Shown here: one piece after another, positions 13,579 to 24,564 of the stretch
Position numbering within the stretch: the first letter of the stretch is position 1
Layout: each line of letters begins with the position of its first letter
From: an uncultured Acidobacteriota bacterium
Lineage (GTDB): Bacteria; Acidobacteriota; Blastocatellia; RBC074
Direction: 5' to 3'
Assembly (NCBI GenBank): GCA_963796275.1
Contig: CAWCKY010000006.1
Location: 1,536,001-1,600,000 of the forward strand
Length of the DNA stretch: 64,000 bases
Program-made: the position numbers and the translations under genes
Notes under the pieces: generated by a model
The model's input: the letters and a program-made list of their open reading frames with translations, nothing else
Database searches by the model: none
What the model was told of the DNA's origin: nothing

Positions 13579-14916
13579 TTACTTCCTGTCCTTAAACTTC
13601 TCGTTCAGCCGCGTATGTTTGTTCGACAGATCAACGGGATGGCCGTTGATGAACATATGCTTGACCTTCGTCCGGAATTCGAGAATATCGCCGTCGGTAA
13701 CTACCAGATTGGCGATCTTGCCGGTTTCAATACTTCCGACCAGTTTATCCGCGCCGAATATCTGCGCCGGATAGAGCGTAATACCTTTTAACGCTTCTTC
13801 CTTGGGCAGCCCGAATGCTGCCGCCGTACCGGCATGATACGGCAGAAGACGCACGTCGGAGGCGGTACCCGTTGAGAAGGCGAACTTCACTCCGGCCTTT
13901 TGCAGCTCGGCTGCGCGCGCGTAAACGCTGTCGTAAGGGTCATCTTCCGCGTTCGGCAGATCGAGCACCGGGCCCAGCACTACCGGAATATTCTTTTCTT
14001 TTAGCAGCTTTGCGACCTTTACGGCACTCTCGCCGCCGCCGCCAATGATCAGTTTGAGCTTATATTTATCGGCCAGGTCGATAGCGCCCATGATCTCGCG
14101 TTCGCCGTTGGCATCTATCAAGACCGGGACATTTCCCTTGATCACCGGGATCAGTGCTTCGAGACCGAGGTCGATGGGATGAGCGGGAATATTCTTGTCG
14201 GCGACGACCGCTTCTCTTGCTTTGGCGTAAGCTTGCGCTTCTTCAAGTTTTTTGCGCATGCTCTCGATCTGGCGTTCCCGCTGCTGGCGCTGTTGTTCGC
14301 CCGACTGGCCCTGGCCACGGCCGAATCCGCCGCGCCGCCCGCCAGCGGCGAGCACCGGGTAGATCATCTGCATCGCGGACGGTGCCAGCAGTTTCATCTC
14401 CTGAGGGGTCCATCCATCAAGGCTGATCAACGCGCATTGTCCCGCGATGATCCCGCCCTGCGGGCACGTGATCGCTGCCGTCACCCCGTTCATCCGCGCG
14501 ACCGGTATCAGCTCGCTGTGCGGATTGACCGCTGTCAGGGCTTTCATATTCGCCTTGAAATCCCCCAGTTCTGTCGTGTCGACCGTGGCATTGACCCGGC
14601 CGACTTCCACTAATCCGAGCGTAGTATTCGAATCGATGAGTCCGGGGTAGACGCTCAAACCCTGAGCATCGATCACTTTAGCATTTCCCGGAATACTAAC
14701 GTTTGCACCCACTGCCGCAATCTTACCGTCTTTTATTAACACAGTGCCGCGCTCGATCGTCGCACCGCTCACGGTGACGATCTTGGCGTTGCGGATGGCG
14801 AATATGCCCTGCTCGGATTTCGATTGGGCAAAGGAGATGCCAAAGGCCAATACTATGAGGCAAACGGCGAACGCGGGAGCGTTTCGTGATTGCCTGGTCA
14901 AATTCAATGTATTCAT
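13579..14916 (-). CDS. Secreted amidohydrolase-family protein lacking the HxH metal motif
   Basis: [32 protein letters not shown]; signal peptide. Confidence 0.88.
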   Translation of the reverse strand: MNTLNLTRQSRNAPAFAVCLIVLAFGISFAQSKSEQGIFAIRNAKIVTVSGATIERGTVLIKDGKIAAVGANVSIPGNAKVIDAQGLSVYPGLIDSNTTLGLVEVGRVNATVDTTELGDFKANMKALTAVNPHSELIPVARMNGVTAAITCPQGGIIAGQCALISLDGWTPQEMKLLAPSAMQMIYPVLAAGGRRGGFGRGQGQSGEQQRQQRERQIESMRKKLEEAQAYAKAREAVVADKNIPAHPIDLGLEALIPVIKGNVPVLIDANGEREIMGAIDLADKYKLKLIIGGGGESAVKVAKLLKEKNIPVVLGPVLDLPNAEDDPYDSVYARAAELQKAGVKFAFSTGTASDVRLLPYHAGTAAAFGLPKEEALKGITLYPAQIFGADKLVGSIETGKIANLVVTDGDILEFRTKVKHMFINGHPVDLSNKHTRLNEKFKDRK

Positions 14917-14948
14917 CTCTACTCCGCGGTAAAGGTAATAAATTCTGA

Positions 14949-14970
14949 ACAGGTCAGAAACCTGCCCTAC
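14949..14970 (-). repeat. GTAG-type REP element (GTAGGGCAGGTTTCTGACCTGT)
   Basis: GTAG tetranucleotide followed by a short imperfect palindrome, intergenic. Confidence 0.55.
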
Positions 14971-14991
14971 ATATGAGTCCCGGTCGCATTT

Positions 14992-17823
14992 TCATCGTCG
15001 ATGTGGATGTGGATCATCTTCTTCCGGACCGAGCGTCGGGATGACCGCCGAACCGGCCTGCGTCGGCTGCAACTGCTGCGGAGACCTTCTCTCGCGCTCG
15101 ATCAGCTCTCTCTTTTCCTTAACGAGCAGATCACGGTCCTTGAGGTCTTCGTTGCGATCGAAGTAGATTTCGCCCTCGACCATCGTCATCTCAGGGCGGG
15201 AATAGATGCTGAACGGATGGCCGTTGAAAATGACCAGGTCGGCATCCTTTCCCACGTCGATGCTCCCGATGCGATGATCGAGCCGGATTTGCATCGCCGG
15301 GTTGAGCGTCACGAGCCTCAGCGCCTCCTCTTCGGTCAGATCGCCGTACTTCATCATCTTCGCAGCCTCCTGGTAGAAACGGCGAGCATGCTCGTTGCTG
15401 TCGGAGTGGATCGAAACGACGATGCCGTGGCGCGTCATAATCGCGGCATTGAATGGAATGGCATCGTAGGCCTCCATCTTGTAAGCCCACCAGTCGGGCA
15501 GGATCGAAGCGCTTGCGCCGTGCCCGGCGATCTCCGGCGCCACCTTGTATCCTTCGAGCACGTGCTGAAGCGTGCGTAACTTGATGCCGAATTCTTCGCA
15601 CAACCGCAGGAGCATGACGATCTCATCGGCGCGGTAGCAGTGAGCATGGATGTCGACCTTACCTTTGAGGACGTCGGCGATCGCCTCGAGTTTGAGATCG
15701 CGCCGGGGAGGCAGCGGATTTCCACCGCGCGCCTTCGCAGCTTCGTAATCTTCCCATTTCTTGATGTATTCGCGGCCCTCCGTGAAGGCTTCGCGGATGG
15801 TCTCTTCGACGCCCATCCTGGTGGCGGGGAAGCGGCGCGGTGCGCCCTGAGGCGCATTGGAGTTGGATCTCTTCGGGTTCTCTCCCAGCGCAAACTTGAT
15901 AGTACGGGGCGCTTCTGCAACCTTCATCTCCTCGCCCGGCTTGCCCCACTTAAGCTTGATGATCGAATTCTGACCGCCGATCGAGTTGGCGCTGCCGTGA
16001 AGCTGATGGATGGTCGTCATCCCGCCCGCAAGCTGGCGGTAGATGTTGATCTCCGTGTCATTGATCACATCGCGCATCCGCACCATCGCCGTGACGGACA
16101 ACGAGCCTTCATTTATGTCGTCGAGCGCGGTGTGCGAATGCGAATCGACGAATCCGGGCGTTACGTACTTCCCGGTCGCATCGATGACCGTCGCATTGGC
16201 CGGCGCATTGACGTCCTTGCCGACGGCGGCGATCTTTCCGTCGCGAATGAGGATCGAGCCGTTTTCGATGGTGCCGTGCGATGCGGTCATTATCGTCGCG
16301 TTGCGGATCAGTATCTCAGCGGGAGACGGCTGCCGCGGCTGCCGTGCGGGGATGGGAGCACCAGCCGCTTCCGGGCGTTCCCCGGGTTCCCGGGTTGCCC
16401 CGGGTGTTGAATTGGATGCGGAATCAGGCGCTGGGACAGCCGCCCTTTCGCCTCGCCTGCCGCCTCCGGCTAAAGTCCCCGCGGGCCGCTGTGGTTCAGG
16501 AGGTTTTATATCCAGGAGTTTGCCGTCTATCAGGATGTTCCTGACTTTGGTCTCTCTATTGAAAATGTCGCCGGTCGCGATAAGCAGGTTGGCGATCTTT
16601 CCCGGCTCAATGCTCCCGAGCTGCTCGCTCAGGCCGAATATCTGCGCCGGGTAGATCGTCATAGCCTTGATGGCCTCTTCCTTCGGCAGCCCGGCTTCAA
16701 CCGCGCGCGCCGCGTTGACGATGTAGTCGTGCGGACGGGCGAGCGTGCCGGAATTGAATGCGAAACGCACCCCGGCTCGGTGCAGGGCGGCAGCCGCCTT
16801 CGGCGCGTCGGCGCGGTCGCGCAGAACGCGCAGGCTCTCTCTCTCGGGGTTATCGAGATTCTGCTGCCTTTGCGGATAACTCAGTGCGAGCAGCACCGTG
16901 GCATTCTTCGATTTGAGGTAATCGGCGATCTGATAACTCTGGGTGGCGCCCGCGATCATATACTTGATGTTGAACTCTTCGGCCAATCCGATCGCGCGCT
17001 GGATCTCGCGCACGCTGCTCGCATTGAAGATCACAGGCATCTCGCCATTGATCACCGGCTGCAACGTGGCGAGCGATTTGTTGACCTGGGGGCGCTGTGC
17101 CCCGCGGGGCGATTTGCTGTAACGCGCCCACTCATCGCGGTAGTGCTGCGCATCCAGCAGCGACTGGCGCAGGAACGCGAAGACGCCCATCAGCGAGCCC
17201 GGATAACCGCCGCGAGAAGTGGTGAAGCCCACGTTCAGCGAATACGGCGATTTCAATATGAGCTTCTCCGCCGCGTCGGTGCCCAGGTTGATGAGCGCGC
17301 TCTGGCCCTGGAAGACGCCGGCCCGCGGAGCGGTCAGCGCCGTCGTGATGCCGGCGGAGCGTTGCTGATCGAAGGTTGATTCGGTGATCTGAAGCTGGTC
17401 GAGTACCGTCACTTCGGGCAAGAGCCCGACGGTCGATTGGGGTGCCGTCATGCGCGCCATCATCGCCTGCTCCGGATCATCTCCGCCTGCTCGGGCGGCG
17501 GGCGTCGGCGCCGGCTTCGTGCCATAACTCGTATAGGAGTCGAAGAGGCCAGGATAAACCGTCATCCCGGTTGCATCGATCACTCGAGCGTCGCCGGGAA
17601 TGGGGATATCCGCACCGACTGCTTCGATCAAGCCATTGCGGATGACGACCGTGCCCTTCGGAATAGTGGCGCCGGTCACGGTGACGACGTTCCCGCCGCT
17701 AATCGCATAGGTTTCACCATCAAATGTAATTGCGGATGTCGGGCGAACCACAGTTGCGAAGGCTGCCGCCAATGTAAGCGCGAGAACGCAGAAAAGGGTG
17801 AGATAGTACTTTTTATTCATCAT
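14992..17823 (-). CDS. Secreted protein with two tandem amidohydrolase domains
   Basis: Two PG(L/F)xD motifs (PGLFDSYT and PGFVDSHSH) and two GSIxxGKxA motifs joined by a Pro/Ala-rich linker. Confidence 0.88.
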   Translation of the reverse strand: MMNKKYYLTLFCVLALTLAAAFATVVRPTSAITFDGETYAISGGNVVTVTGATIPKGTVVIRNGLIEAVGADIPIPGDARVIDATGMTVYPGLFDSYTSYGTKPAPTPAARAGGDDPEQAMMARMTAPQSTVGLLPEVTVLDQLQITESTFDQQRSAGITTALTAPRAGVFQGQSALINLGTDAAEKLILKSPYSLNVGFTTSRGGYPGSLMGVFAFLRQSLLDAQHYRDEWARYSKSPRGAQRPQVNKSLATLQPVINGEMPVIFNASSVREIQRAIGLAEEFNIKYMIAGATQSYQIADYLKSKNATVLLALSYPQRQQNLDNPERESLRVLRDRADAPKAAAALHRAGVRFAFNSGTLARPHDYIVNAARAVEAGLPKEEAIKAMTIYPAQIFGLSEQLGSIEPGKIANLLIATGDIFNRETKVRNILIDGKLLDIKPPEPQRPAGTLAGGGRRGERAAVPAPDSASNSTPGATREPGERPEAAGAPIPARQPRQPSPAEILIRNATIMTASHGTIENGSILIRDGKIAAVGKDVNAPANATVIDATGKYVTPGFVDSHSHTALDDINEGSLSVTAMVRMRDVINDTEINIYRQLAGGMTTIHQLHGSANSIGGQNSIIKLKWGKPGEEMKVAEAPRTIKFALGENPKRSNSNAPQGAPRRFPATRMGVEETIREAFTEGREYIKKWEDYEAAKARGGNPLPPRRDLKLEAIADVLKGKVDIHAHCYRADEIVMLLRLCEEFGIKLRTLQHVLEGYKVAPEIAGHGASASILPDWWAYKMEAYDAIPFNAAIMTRHGIVVSIHSDSNEHARRFYQEAAKMMKYGDLTEEEALRLVTLNPAMQIRLDHRIGSIDVGKDADLVIFNGHPFSIYSRPEMTMVEGEIYFDRNEDLKDRDLLVKEKRELIERERRSPQQLQPTQAGSAVIPTLGPEEDDPHPHRR

Positions 17824-18101
17824 GGAGTAGACTCCGGAGTAGAGTTAATCGTTAGAATTTGAGTGCTTTGTGATGAATGAGAGAATCAAATTTCACTCGG
17901 TCTCCAGAGTGAAAGACGTTATAGGCAAACAGCGGTTACAACTTTTATCGCTGTCCGCCGGCTAATCTAGCCGATTCGGAACAATTTTCCAAATCTCTGC
18001 TCAGGCCGGATGATGAGATTATGTTTTAAGAAACGCAATAGGTGCGCGACCGTTCGGGTTATTCACAAATCCGTTAGGATCAGTAAATCTCTTAATCAAA
18101 T

Positions 18102-18794
18102 ATGGATGAACTACAAGTGGTCTTTTTTGATGTCGCCGGTACGCTCGTCGAACTCAATGGCAGTGTCGGTGAAATCTACGGCAGGTTCGCCCGTCGCTAC
18201 GGTATCGACCGGGACCCGTTTGTAATGTCGGATGCTTTCTCTCGCAGTTTTCGAGAGCAACCGCCGTTGGCGTTTCCGCCAGAAACATCGGAGGACGAGC
18301 TGCACATGCACGAGCGCGGCTGGTGGCGGCGCGTCGTCCTCGATGTGGTTCCCGAGTTCCCGCAATTCGATGCATTTTTCAACGAGGTGTATGAGTTCTT
18401 CAGGGGAAGGGAAGCCTGGCGGCTGTTCGATGAAGTCATTCCGACGCTGGCTGAGCTTAAGAACCGCGGCCTGCGACTGGCCATAATTTCAAACTACGAC
18501 TCTCGGATCGACGATCTGCTGCGGGACTTTGAAATAGAGCACTACTTCGATGGAGTTCATATTTCCACTCGTATCGGAGCGGCCAAACCTGATAGAGATA
18601 TTTTTCTTTCGGCCCTGAGATACCATCAAGTCGAGCCTCGATCAGCGTTACACGTAGGCGATAGCTTGCGAGAAGATTACGAGGGAGCATCGGCGGCGGG
18701 TATCCGCGCAGTACTGCTCGACCGAACCCGAAGCTCAGGTCTAAATCATCATCCTGATCGGATTACTCGTCTTGATCAGTTGATCGACTGCTGA
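18102..18794 (+). CDS. HAD-IA family hydrolase (HDHD3/REG-2-like)
   Basis: FFDVAGTL, ISNYD, KPD, HVGDS...DYEGA. Confidence 0.9.
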   Translation: MDELQVVFFDVAGTLVELNGSVGEIYGRFARRYGIDRDPFVMSDAFSRSFREQPPLAFPPETSEDELHMHERGWWRRVVLDVVPEFPQFDAFFNEVYEFFRGREAWRLFDEVIPTLAELKNRGLRLAIISNYDSRIDDLLRDFEIEHYFDGVHISTRIGAAKPDRDIFLSALRYHQVEPRSALHVGDSLREDYEGASAAGIRAVLLDRTRSSGLNHHPDRITRLDQLIDC

Positions 18795-18972
18795 TTCGAA
18801 AACAAGGAGCAGAAGCAGCACCGGATGGCTTTATATTTGAGATATTGTCATTACCCAAAATTTTTGTGCTTTTGGATATCGATCTCAGCCCCTTTGGGGC
18901 TGGGATCGTAATATCCATCAGCGCAAAAGATTTGATGACAAGGATTTGAGATGCAGGGCGCTCCCGGAAAAA

Positions 18973-19082
18973 CTCACCACAAAAATCACAAAAGTACATC
19001 AAAAGACAAAATGCAACACCAAATCATTCCATATCCACCGCTATTTGTGGTTTTGATGTACTTATGTGATTTTTGTGGTGAG
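18973..19082. repeat. REP-like 32-bp inverted repeat (CACCACAAAAATCACAAAAG family)
   Basis: Arms at 18973-19004 and 19051-19082 with one mismatch. Confidence 0.8.
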
Positions 19083-19140
19083 ATAAAAAAACACTTCCAT
19101 AATTTACAGGCAGCATCGCTGAGATTTTAGCTGCCGGCCA

Positions 19141-21192
19141 TCAATGTCCTGATACATTGGCCATCTTGCCCGCCATCGGCCACCAACGCACAAGTATAGT
19201 CACGGAACCCTGACCGAAGACCCGCAACACGGCGTAGCGCCAGTTGTTGTTGTGACTCGGCGACTCGATCACTCCGACGCGGTCGCGATAGACGCGCGGA
19301 ATCTCGATCGTGCCGGGGACTCCGGGCATCTCTATCTTGATAATCCGCTCGCTGAATACCTCGCCGTTCCACTGAATCAAACGGGGCGCAAGCCTCTGTG
19401 GACTTTCATCGTCATATGGCGAGCCAGCCTCGCGGTCGTCGTCATCCGGACGGTTCCCGCGTTCCGCCGGGCGTTGTGATTGGCGAGGACTGCTTGAAGT
19501 GTTCCCGCGATCCTCGTAGCCGCCCGCTCTCCGGTCGGAAGCGTTCTGATCTGGTGGATTGCCGTTCTGCGCGCCTCCTTCTCTTCCGGGAGCTTGTGAG
19601 ATGTCAGGTTCGCTTTCCGGTTTCACCACGCGTGTGGCTACGATGGATGGCACCGGCATGGGCGGCGTTTGCGGCTGCGCCTTCGGAGGCAGGGGAAGCC
19701 CACCGTTCGCATCCGCCTGTATTCCTGTATTGTTGGGGCCTATCCCGGGGTCGGTAGTTTTAGCTGCGATGGGCGTTGGATATCCGGACGGCTGTGGTGT
19801 GGGATTCGCCAGGTTGGTCATCTCCTTCAGCCCTTCCTGTAAAAGCCTCGCCGCCGTCTCCATGGCATCGTCATCGCTGCTCAAATCGGCGAGATTCTCC
19901 TCGGCCGCCTGTGTAGCCGTCAGATCGGGCGATGGCGAAGCACCGCCAGCCATCATTTCGGGATTTACCGCCGTCAATCGCGGTTTGGTCAAATGTTTCC
20001 CGAGCAATACTCCGCCGGCCGTGAGCAGCAGGAGAACGGCGGCGGCGACCGATGCGCGACGCCACCGGCGACGCCGCGCGACCCTCAGACTCTCATCGGA
20101 TGATTCATCGAGAGAGGACTCGGATAAGCCATTACTTTTGGCGAAGGCCAGATCCAACCGCTCGACTATCGTTTCAGTTTTCAGCGGAATGATTATCTGG
20201 TTCGACATGGCCGCCCGCAATTCGCGCGCGAGCTCTCCGACGCTTTGCTGACGCTCCCCCGGGTTCTTAGCCAGCGCCCTGAGTATTACTCTCTCCATCC
20301 CGGACGGCAGATAAGGGTTGATCGTGCGGAGCGAAATGGGTTGTGATTGAATCTGATTGAGCGCGACTTCCGTGGGAGTCCGGCCGGTGAATGGCCGCTG
20401 CCCAGTCAGCATCTCGTAGAGCATTACGCCGAGCGAATAGATATCAGTGCGATAATCGAGCGGTCGGTTCTGGCATTGTTCGGGAGACGCATAGGCGACG
20501 GTTCCGCTCATCACCGAATAACGAGTGAATGGCGGCGCGCCGGGCGGCTGCGGGAATTTGGCGATGCCGAAGTCTATCAATTTGGTGACAGTCTGCATCG
20601 CATTCTCTCGAGTGATTACCGAATCAATAAAGATATTGCGGGGATTGATGTCCCGATGCACGATCCCGCGCGAATGCACTTCTTTCAAGCCCGAGATGAT
20701 CTCAAAAGCAATATGGAGGGTTTCAGGCAATTCGATGCGTCTTCGTCTGGTGATTTCATCTCGCAATGTCCGGCCGCGCAGATATTCCATCACCACGTAT
20801 CGCAGGTCATCATTGATCATTCCGGTGCCGTGAAAACCCACTATGTTCGGGTGATCGATGCTAACGAGCGTCTCCGCTTCGCACCGCATACGGTCGATCA
20901 TCTCTCCCCAATAACTGCGTGCCTCGAGAGAATCGATATCGTAGCTGAGATCGCGACGTACGAGCTGGGCCGGGTCGCTGATTTTAATGACGACGACCTG
21001 ATCGGAAAATAAATCAGTCGCTGCGAATACGGTCGAAAGACCTCCCTGACCTAATCGACGATCAATGCGATAGCGGCCGTCAATGATCTGACTAATGAGT
21101 TGATCGAAGTCGGGTTCATGAACTTGTGCACAATGTTGGCAGAAGACCGCGAGGTTGTGAAGATCGCCGAAACAACGAGCACAGCGACTCAT
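19141..21192 (-). CDS. Membrane-anchored Hanks-type Ser/Thr protein kinase with an N-terminal zinc ribbon
   Basis: CxxC..CxxC, LGQGGLSTV, HRDINPRN, DFG, GTVAYASPE, DIYSLG, a TM helix and a Pro-rich extracytoplasmic region. Confidence 0.92.
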   Translation of the reverse strand: MSRCARCFGDLHNLAVFCQHCAQVHEPDFDQLISQIIDGRYRIDRRLGQGGLSTVFAATDLFSDQVVVIKISDPAQLVRRDLSYDIDSLEARSYWGEMIDRMRCEAETLVSIDHPNIVGFHGTGMINDDLRYVVMEYLRGRTLRDEITRRRRIELPETLHIAFEIISGLKEVHSRGIVHRDINPRNIFIDSVITRENAMQTVTKLIDFGIAKFPQPPGAPPFTRYSVMSGTVAYASPEQCQNRPLDYRTDIYSLGVMLYEMLTGQRPFTGRTPTEVALNQIQSQPISLRTINPYLPSGMERVILRALAKNPGERQQSVGELARELRAAMSNQIIIPLKTETIVERLDLAFAKSNGLSESSLDESSDESLRVARRRRWRRASVAAAVLLLLTAGGVLLGKHLTKPRLTAVNPEMMAGGASPSPDLTATQAAEENLADLSSDDDAMETAARLLQEGLKEMTNLANPTPQPSGYPTPIAAKTTDPGIGPNNTGIQADANGGLPLPPKAQPQTPPMPVPSIVATRVVKPESEPDISQAPGREGGAQNGNPPDQNASDRRAGGYEDRGNTSSSPRQSQRPAERGNRPDDDDREAGSPYDDESPQRLAPRLIQWNGEVFSERIIKIEMPGVPGTIEIPRVYRDRVGVIESPSHNNNWRYAVLRVFGQGSVTILVRWWPMAGKMANVSGH

Positions 21193-21328
21193 TTCTTTCT
21201 CCTTAAAATCGTATTGTTAAGAGGAGAAAATTCAAGGGGTGAGCTGAGTATAGGTGAAAGGTGAATGTGACACAATCGAAAAAAACGCAGCCGTCGAAAA
21301 ATTTTGTAATGAAATTTTCACCTGACAA

Positions 21329-21423
21329 ATTCATCACTAAACACATAAAAGGAAGGTCACAAGGGGGCTTTTCTTATTTCTAACTTTACGTTCTTTTGTT
21401 AATTTTGTGTTTCTGTGATGAAT
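21329..21423. repeat. Degenerate REP-like inverted repeat (same family as 18973 and 37868)
   Basis: ATTCATCACTAAACACA...TGTGTTTCTGTGATGAAT. Confidence 0.55.
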
Positions 21424-21498
21424 CATTCCTTCTATTTATCCATACTACTTAATGAGGGTTGTACAAATTAAAGTTGGTTATTCTCAACAATTTTGATT

Positions 21499-21645
21499 GG
21501 CTCCGGAGGACCTGATTTATATAACATTCGATAACCCAAGTCTCACAAGCGCCGGAGGAGCGACAAATGAATGCCGATATATCGCTCCTCCGAAGCTTGC
21601 GAAATATGTGAGGACGAATTCTATAACCATCCCGCGCCTCTGGCG
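21499..21645. repeat. REP/BIME-like cluster (GCTCCGGAGGAGC family)
   Basis: GCTCCGGAGGAC, AGCGCCGGAGGAGCGA...TCGCTCCTCCGAAGCT inverted pair. Confidence 0.55.
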
Positions 21646-21702
21646 GGCAGGACCGATAACGTTGATTTCAAGGACCTTTTTATATGCAGATTCTTCATTT
21701 AT

Positions 21703-22131
21703 TTATTTTTTGCCGGGAAGCTTTGCATCTACTGAAACCTTCCCGCCACCCAAGATCAGCAATGTCGCTGCCATGCCGAGCAGGGCATATGGGTATTCGA
21801 ATCCTCCCTGGGATTGGAAGAAGCCATTGTTCCAATGCACTCCGGCAACCGCAACCGCCATCACGCATGCGATGAAGAATGCTCCAACCCGCGTAAGGAG
21901 CCCTATCAAGACCAACAAGCCGCCCAGGAGTTCGGAGAATGCGGCCGCGCCGAGCCATATCCACGGCGGGTTGAGATCGAGCGGGGCGATTCCCGATACC
22001 CATGCATCGAGACCTTTCCCGCCCCAGACGCCCAGGACTTTCTGCGCGCCGTGTGCAAACATTATCGTGCCCAGGGCGAGCCGGATCGGAATAGTCGCCC
22101 AGGTTTGTGTCGTTGCAGTTAAAATTGACAT
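21703..22131 (-). CDS. DoxX family membrane protein
   Basis: IRLALGTIMFAHGAQK, ELLGGLLVLIGLLTR, GFEYP, GGGKVSVD; GAGGTG RBS. Confidence 0.9.
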   Translation of the reverse strand: MSILTATTQTWATIPIRLALGTIMFAHGAQKVLGVWGGKGLDAWVSGIAPLDLNPPWIWLGAAAFSELLGGLLVLIGLLTRVGAFFIACVMAVAVAGVHWNNGFFQSQGGFEYPYALLGMAATLLILGGGKVSVDAKLPGKK

Positions 22132-22207
22132 TGTCATCACCTCAGTTCTGTGATTTGTGGGAATTGTTCCGGAGCATGAAAGGAAATCTATCTTGTTTTG
22201 TAAAGAC

Positions 22208-24457
22208 TTGCGCAAGATATTCTGCATTATCTCTTTATTCATTTGCACTTTGAAGATCGACGCTCAGACTGTTCAAGAAGCCGAACGCGAGACGGAAAAA
22301 CCGGGCGTGTCGGCAGCTGCCGCGCAAACGAATCCGCTCAAGATCGGTCTGGTTCTGAGCGGCGGCGGGGCGCGCGGCATTGCGCACGTCGGGGTACTCA
22401 AATGGTTCGATGAACATCGCATACCGGTCGACCTGGTGGCCGGGACGAGCATGGGCGGGCTCGTCGGCGCTCTCCACGCAATGGGCAGCTCTCCCGCCGA
22501 GATGCGTGAGATATTAAATTCAATCGATTGGGATGAGATGTTAAGCACCGGGCCGAGTTTCCGACAGTTATCGTTCCGCCGCAAAGAGGATCGCAGGGCT
22601 TATCCATCGAAGATCGAATTGGGTCTGCGTCACGGGGTTGCCCTGCCGCTCGGGCTCAGCACGGATCACTATATCGGGCTCTTATTCGATCGCTTGACCC
22701 TGCCATACGCTGGGATCGGCAGCTTCGACGATCTGCCGACGCCGTTCCGCTGTGTGGCCACGGATTTTCTCAAGGGCGAGTCGGTTGTGCTCAAGGATGG
22801 CTCGCTCGCTTCCGCGATGCGCGCGACCATGTCGATACCGGGCGTCTTCCGGCCGGTGGAACGCGACGGCAGAGTCCTGGTCGACGGCGGTCTGCTCAAC
22901 AATATTCCGACCGACGTAATTAAAGAGCTGCACCCCGACGTCGTTATCGCGGTCGATGTCGGAGCGCCGCTGGGCGACATCGACTCAATCGCCTCCCTGG
23001 CGGGCGTCCTATCCCAGTCAGTCAGTATTATGCTGGTCGAAAGCGATCGTCGTAATCTCCGTCTCGCGGACATCATCATAGCGCCGGAGCTGGGAAATCA
23101 TTCGTTCCTCGATTTCTCGGCGACCGATAGAATTATCGAGATCGGCTATCAAGCGGCGAATCAGAAGGCGGCAATCCTGAAAAAGTTCGCACTCGACGAA
23201 CAGGAATGGAATGAATATCTGGCGCGGCGCAGGTCCAAAAAGCGCACCGCTGTGCCTGTGCCGGATGCCCTCGTGATCACCGGTGTGCCGGCGAGCGCCC
23301 AAAAGAGGTTGCGAAACAAGCTGAGCGATTTCGTGGGAGAGCCGCTCGAGCCGCAGAAGCTCGAGACCGAGTTGACCAGGATTACGGGGCAAGGCAAGTA
23401 CGAAGGCCTCGAGTACACGGTCATGCCGGGCAGCGGGGGGTCGAATCTGAACCTCTTGCAGATCAGCGTCAAAGAAAAATATTCTGCGCCGCCGACCCTG
23501 AATTTCGGGCTGGAGGTCGATGGCTCCGAGGTCGATGAAATCAACTTCATCATCGGAGGGCGGTTGACTCTTTATGACATCGGAAAGTACGGCGCCGAGT
23601 GGAGGTCGGATATCAGACTGGGATCTTCCAATCTCTTTGCGTCGGAATATTTCTACCCGCTCGGTACCAGCGGTCTCTTTGCGGCCCCGCGCGCTGGCTA
23701 CCGGCGGGAAACATTCAACATTTTCCAGGGCGATGCGAACATCGCTGAATATCAAGAGGATGGATATGGCGCCGGATTCGACCTGGGCTATGTGAAGCGT
23801 CTCAGTGAATTGAGAGTCGGGTATGAGATAGGTCGAGTCGATGCCACCGTTCGCACGGGAAATGCCTCCGCGTTGCCATCCGCCGACGGCACGCTCAGCC
23901 TGGCCCGGGCTCGGTGGAGCTTCGATGGTCAGAACAGCGCGACCATACCGACGAGAGGGTTCCGGTTCATCGCTGAGGGGCGCTATTATTTTCAAACCCC
24001 GCCGGTGCCCAATAATTTTACGCAGGCAGAGATCAAGTTATCGACTTTTCAACCGGTGAACCGTCGCGGCACGCTATTTTTCGCAGGCTCGGGCGGGACA
24101 TCGTTCAACCAGCAGAATGTGGGGACCCAACTGTTCACGCTCGGCGGCCCTTTTCGGCTGGGAGCTTATGATCGTGACGAATTCCGTGGTAACCACTATC
24201 TGTTGCTATCCACCGGATATCTCCGCACGTTGTCGCAACTTCCTTCTCTTATTGGGGGGAGGGTCTATGCAACTGGCTGGTATGATTTCGGCGGAGCTTT
24301 CGGCGGACTTAACGCGAATACTCTTAACAACCGCTACCGTAGTGCTGTATCGGCGGGGCTGTTGGCCGATACCATTTTGGGTCCGGTTGCATTGATCGGC
24401 AGTTTCGGCGAGGGCGGGCAAGGCAAAATCTACTTTGCCGTCGGAAAATTTTTCTGA
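22208..24457 (+). CDS. Patatin-like phospholipase fused to a POTRA and Omp85/BamA-type barrel (PlpD-like)
   Basis: LSGGGARG, GTSMG, DGG; beta-strand-rich C-terminus ending in F; signal peptide from TTG 22208 (start uncertain). Confidence 0.88.
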   Translation: MRKIFCIISLFICTLKIDAQTVQEAERETEKPGVSAAAAQTNPLKIGLVLSGGGARGIAHVGVLKWFDEHRIPVDLVAGTSMGGLVGALHAMGSSPAEMREILNSIDWDEMLSTGPSFRQLSFRRKEDRRAYPSKIELGLRHGVALPLGLSTDHYIGLLFDRLTLPYAGIGSFDDLPTPFRCVATDFLKGESVVLKDGSLASAMRATMSIPGVFRPVERDGRVLVDGGLLNNIPTDVIKELHPDVVIAVDVGAPLGDIDSIASLAGVLSQSVSIMLVESDRRNLRLADIIIAPELGNHSFLDFSATDRIIEIGYQAANQKAAILKKFALDEQEWNEYLARRRSKKRTAVPVPDALVITGVPASAQKRLRNKLSDFVGEPLEPQKLETELTRITGQGKYEGLEYTVMPGSGGSNLNLLQISVKEKYSAPPTLNFGLEVDGSEVDEINFIIGGRLTLYDIGKYGAEWRSDIRLGSSNLFASEYFYPLGTSGLFAAPRAGYRRETFNIFQGDANIAEYQEDGYGAGFDLGYVKRLSELRVGYEIGRVDATVRTGNASALPSADGTLSLARARWSFDGQNSATIPTRGFRFIAEGRYYFQTPPVPNNFTQAEIKLSTFQPVNRRGTLFFAGSGGTSFNQQNVGTQLFTLGGPFRLGAYDRDEFRGNHYLLLSTGYLRTLSQLPSLIGGRVYATGWYDFGGAFGGLNANTLNNRYRSAVSAGLLADTILGPVALIGSFGEGGQGKIYFAVGKFF

Positions 24458-24500
24458 TCGTTCCGGACGTTCGGTGTTGGATGACTGCCGTATTCGACGA

Positions 24501-24529
24501 GGGATGCGCAGGTTTACGCGGCGCATCCC
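24501..24529. terminator. Hairpin GGGATGCGC...GCGCATCCC between convergent genes
   Basis: 9-bp perfect stem followed by CTTGTTT on the + strand. Confidence 0.6.
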
Positions 24530-24564
24530 CTTGTTTCGTAAAGCTCAGGAAATCAGGCTACGCA

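Noticed and set aside
21497-22153. 218-aa plus-strand ORF
   Set aside because: It is made of a REP cluster plus the antisense strand of the DoxX gene.
23018-23995. 325-aa antisense ORF and many similar overlapping ORFs in the track
   Set aside because: These are shadows of well-supported genes on the opposite strand or frame, as expected in GC-rich coding DNA, and show no recognisable motifs.
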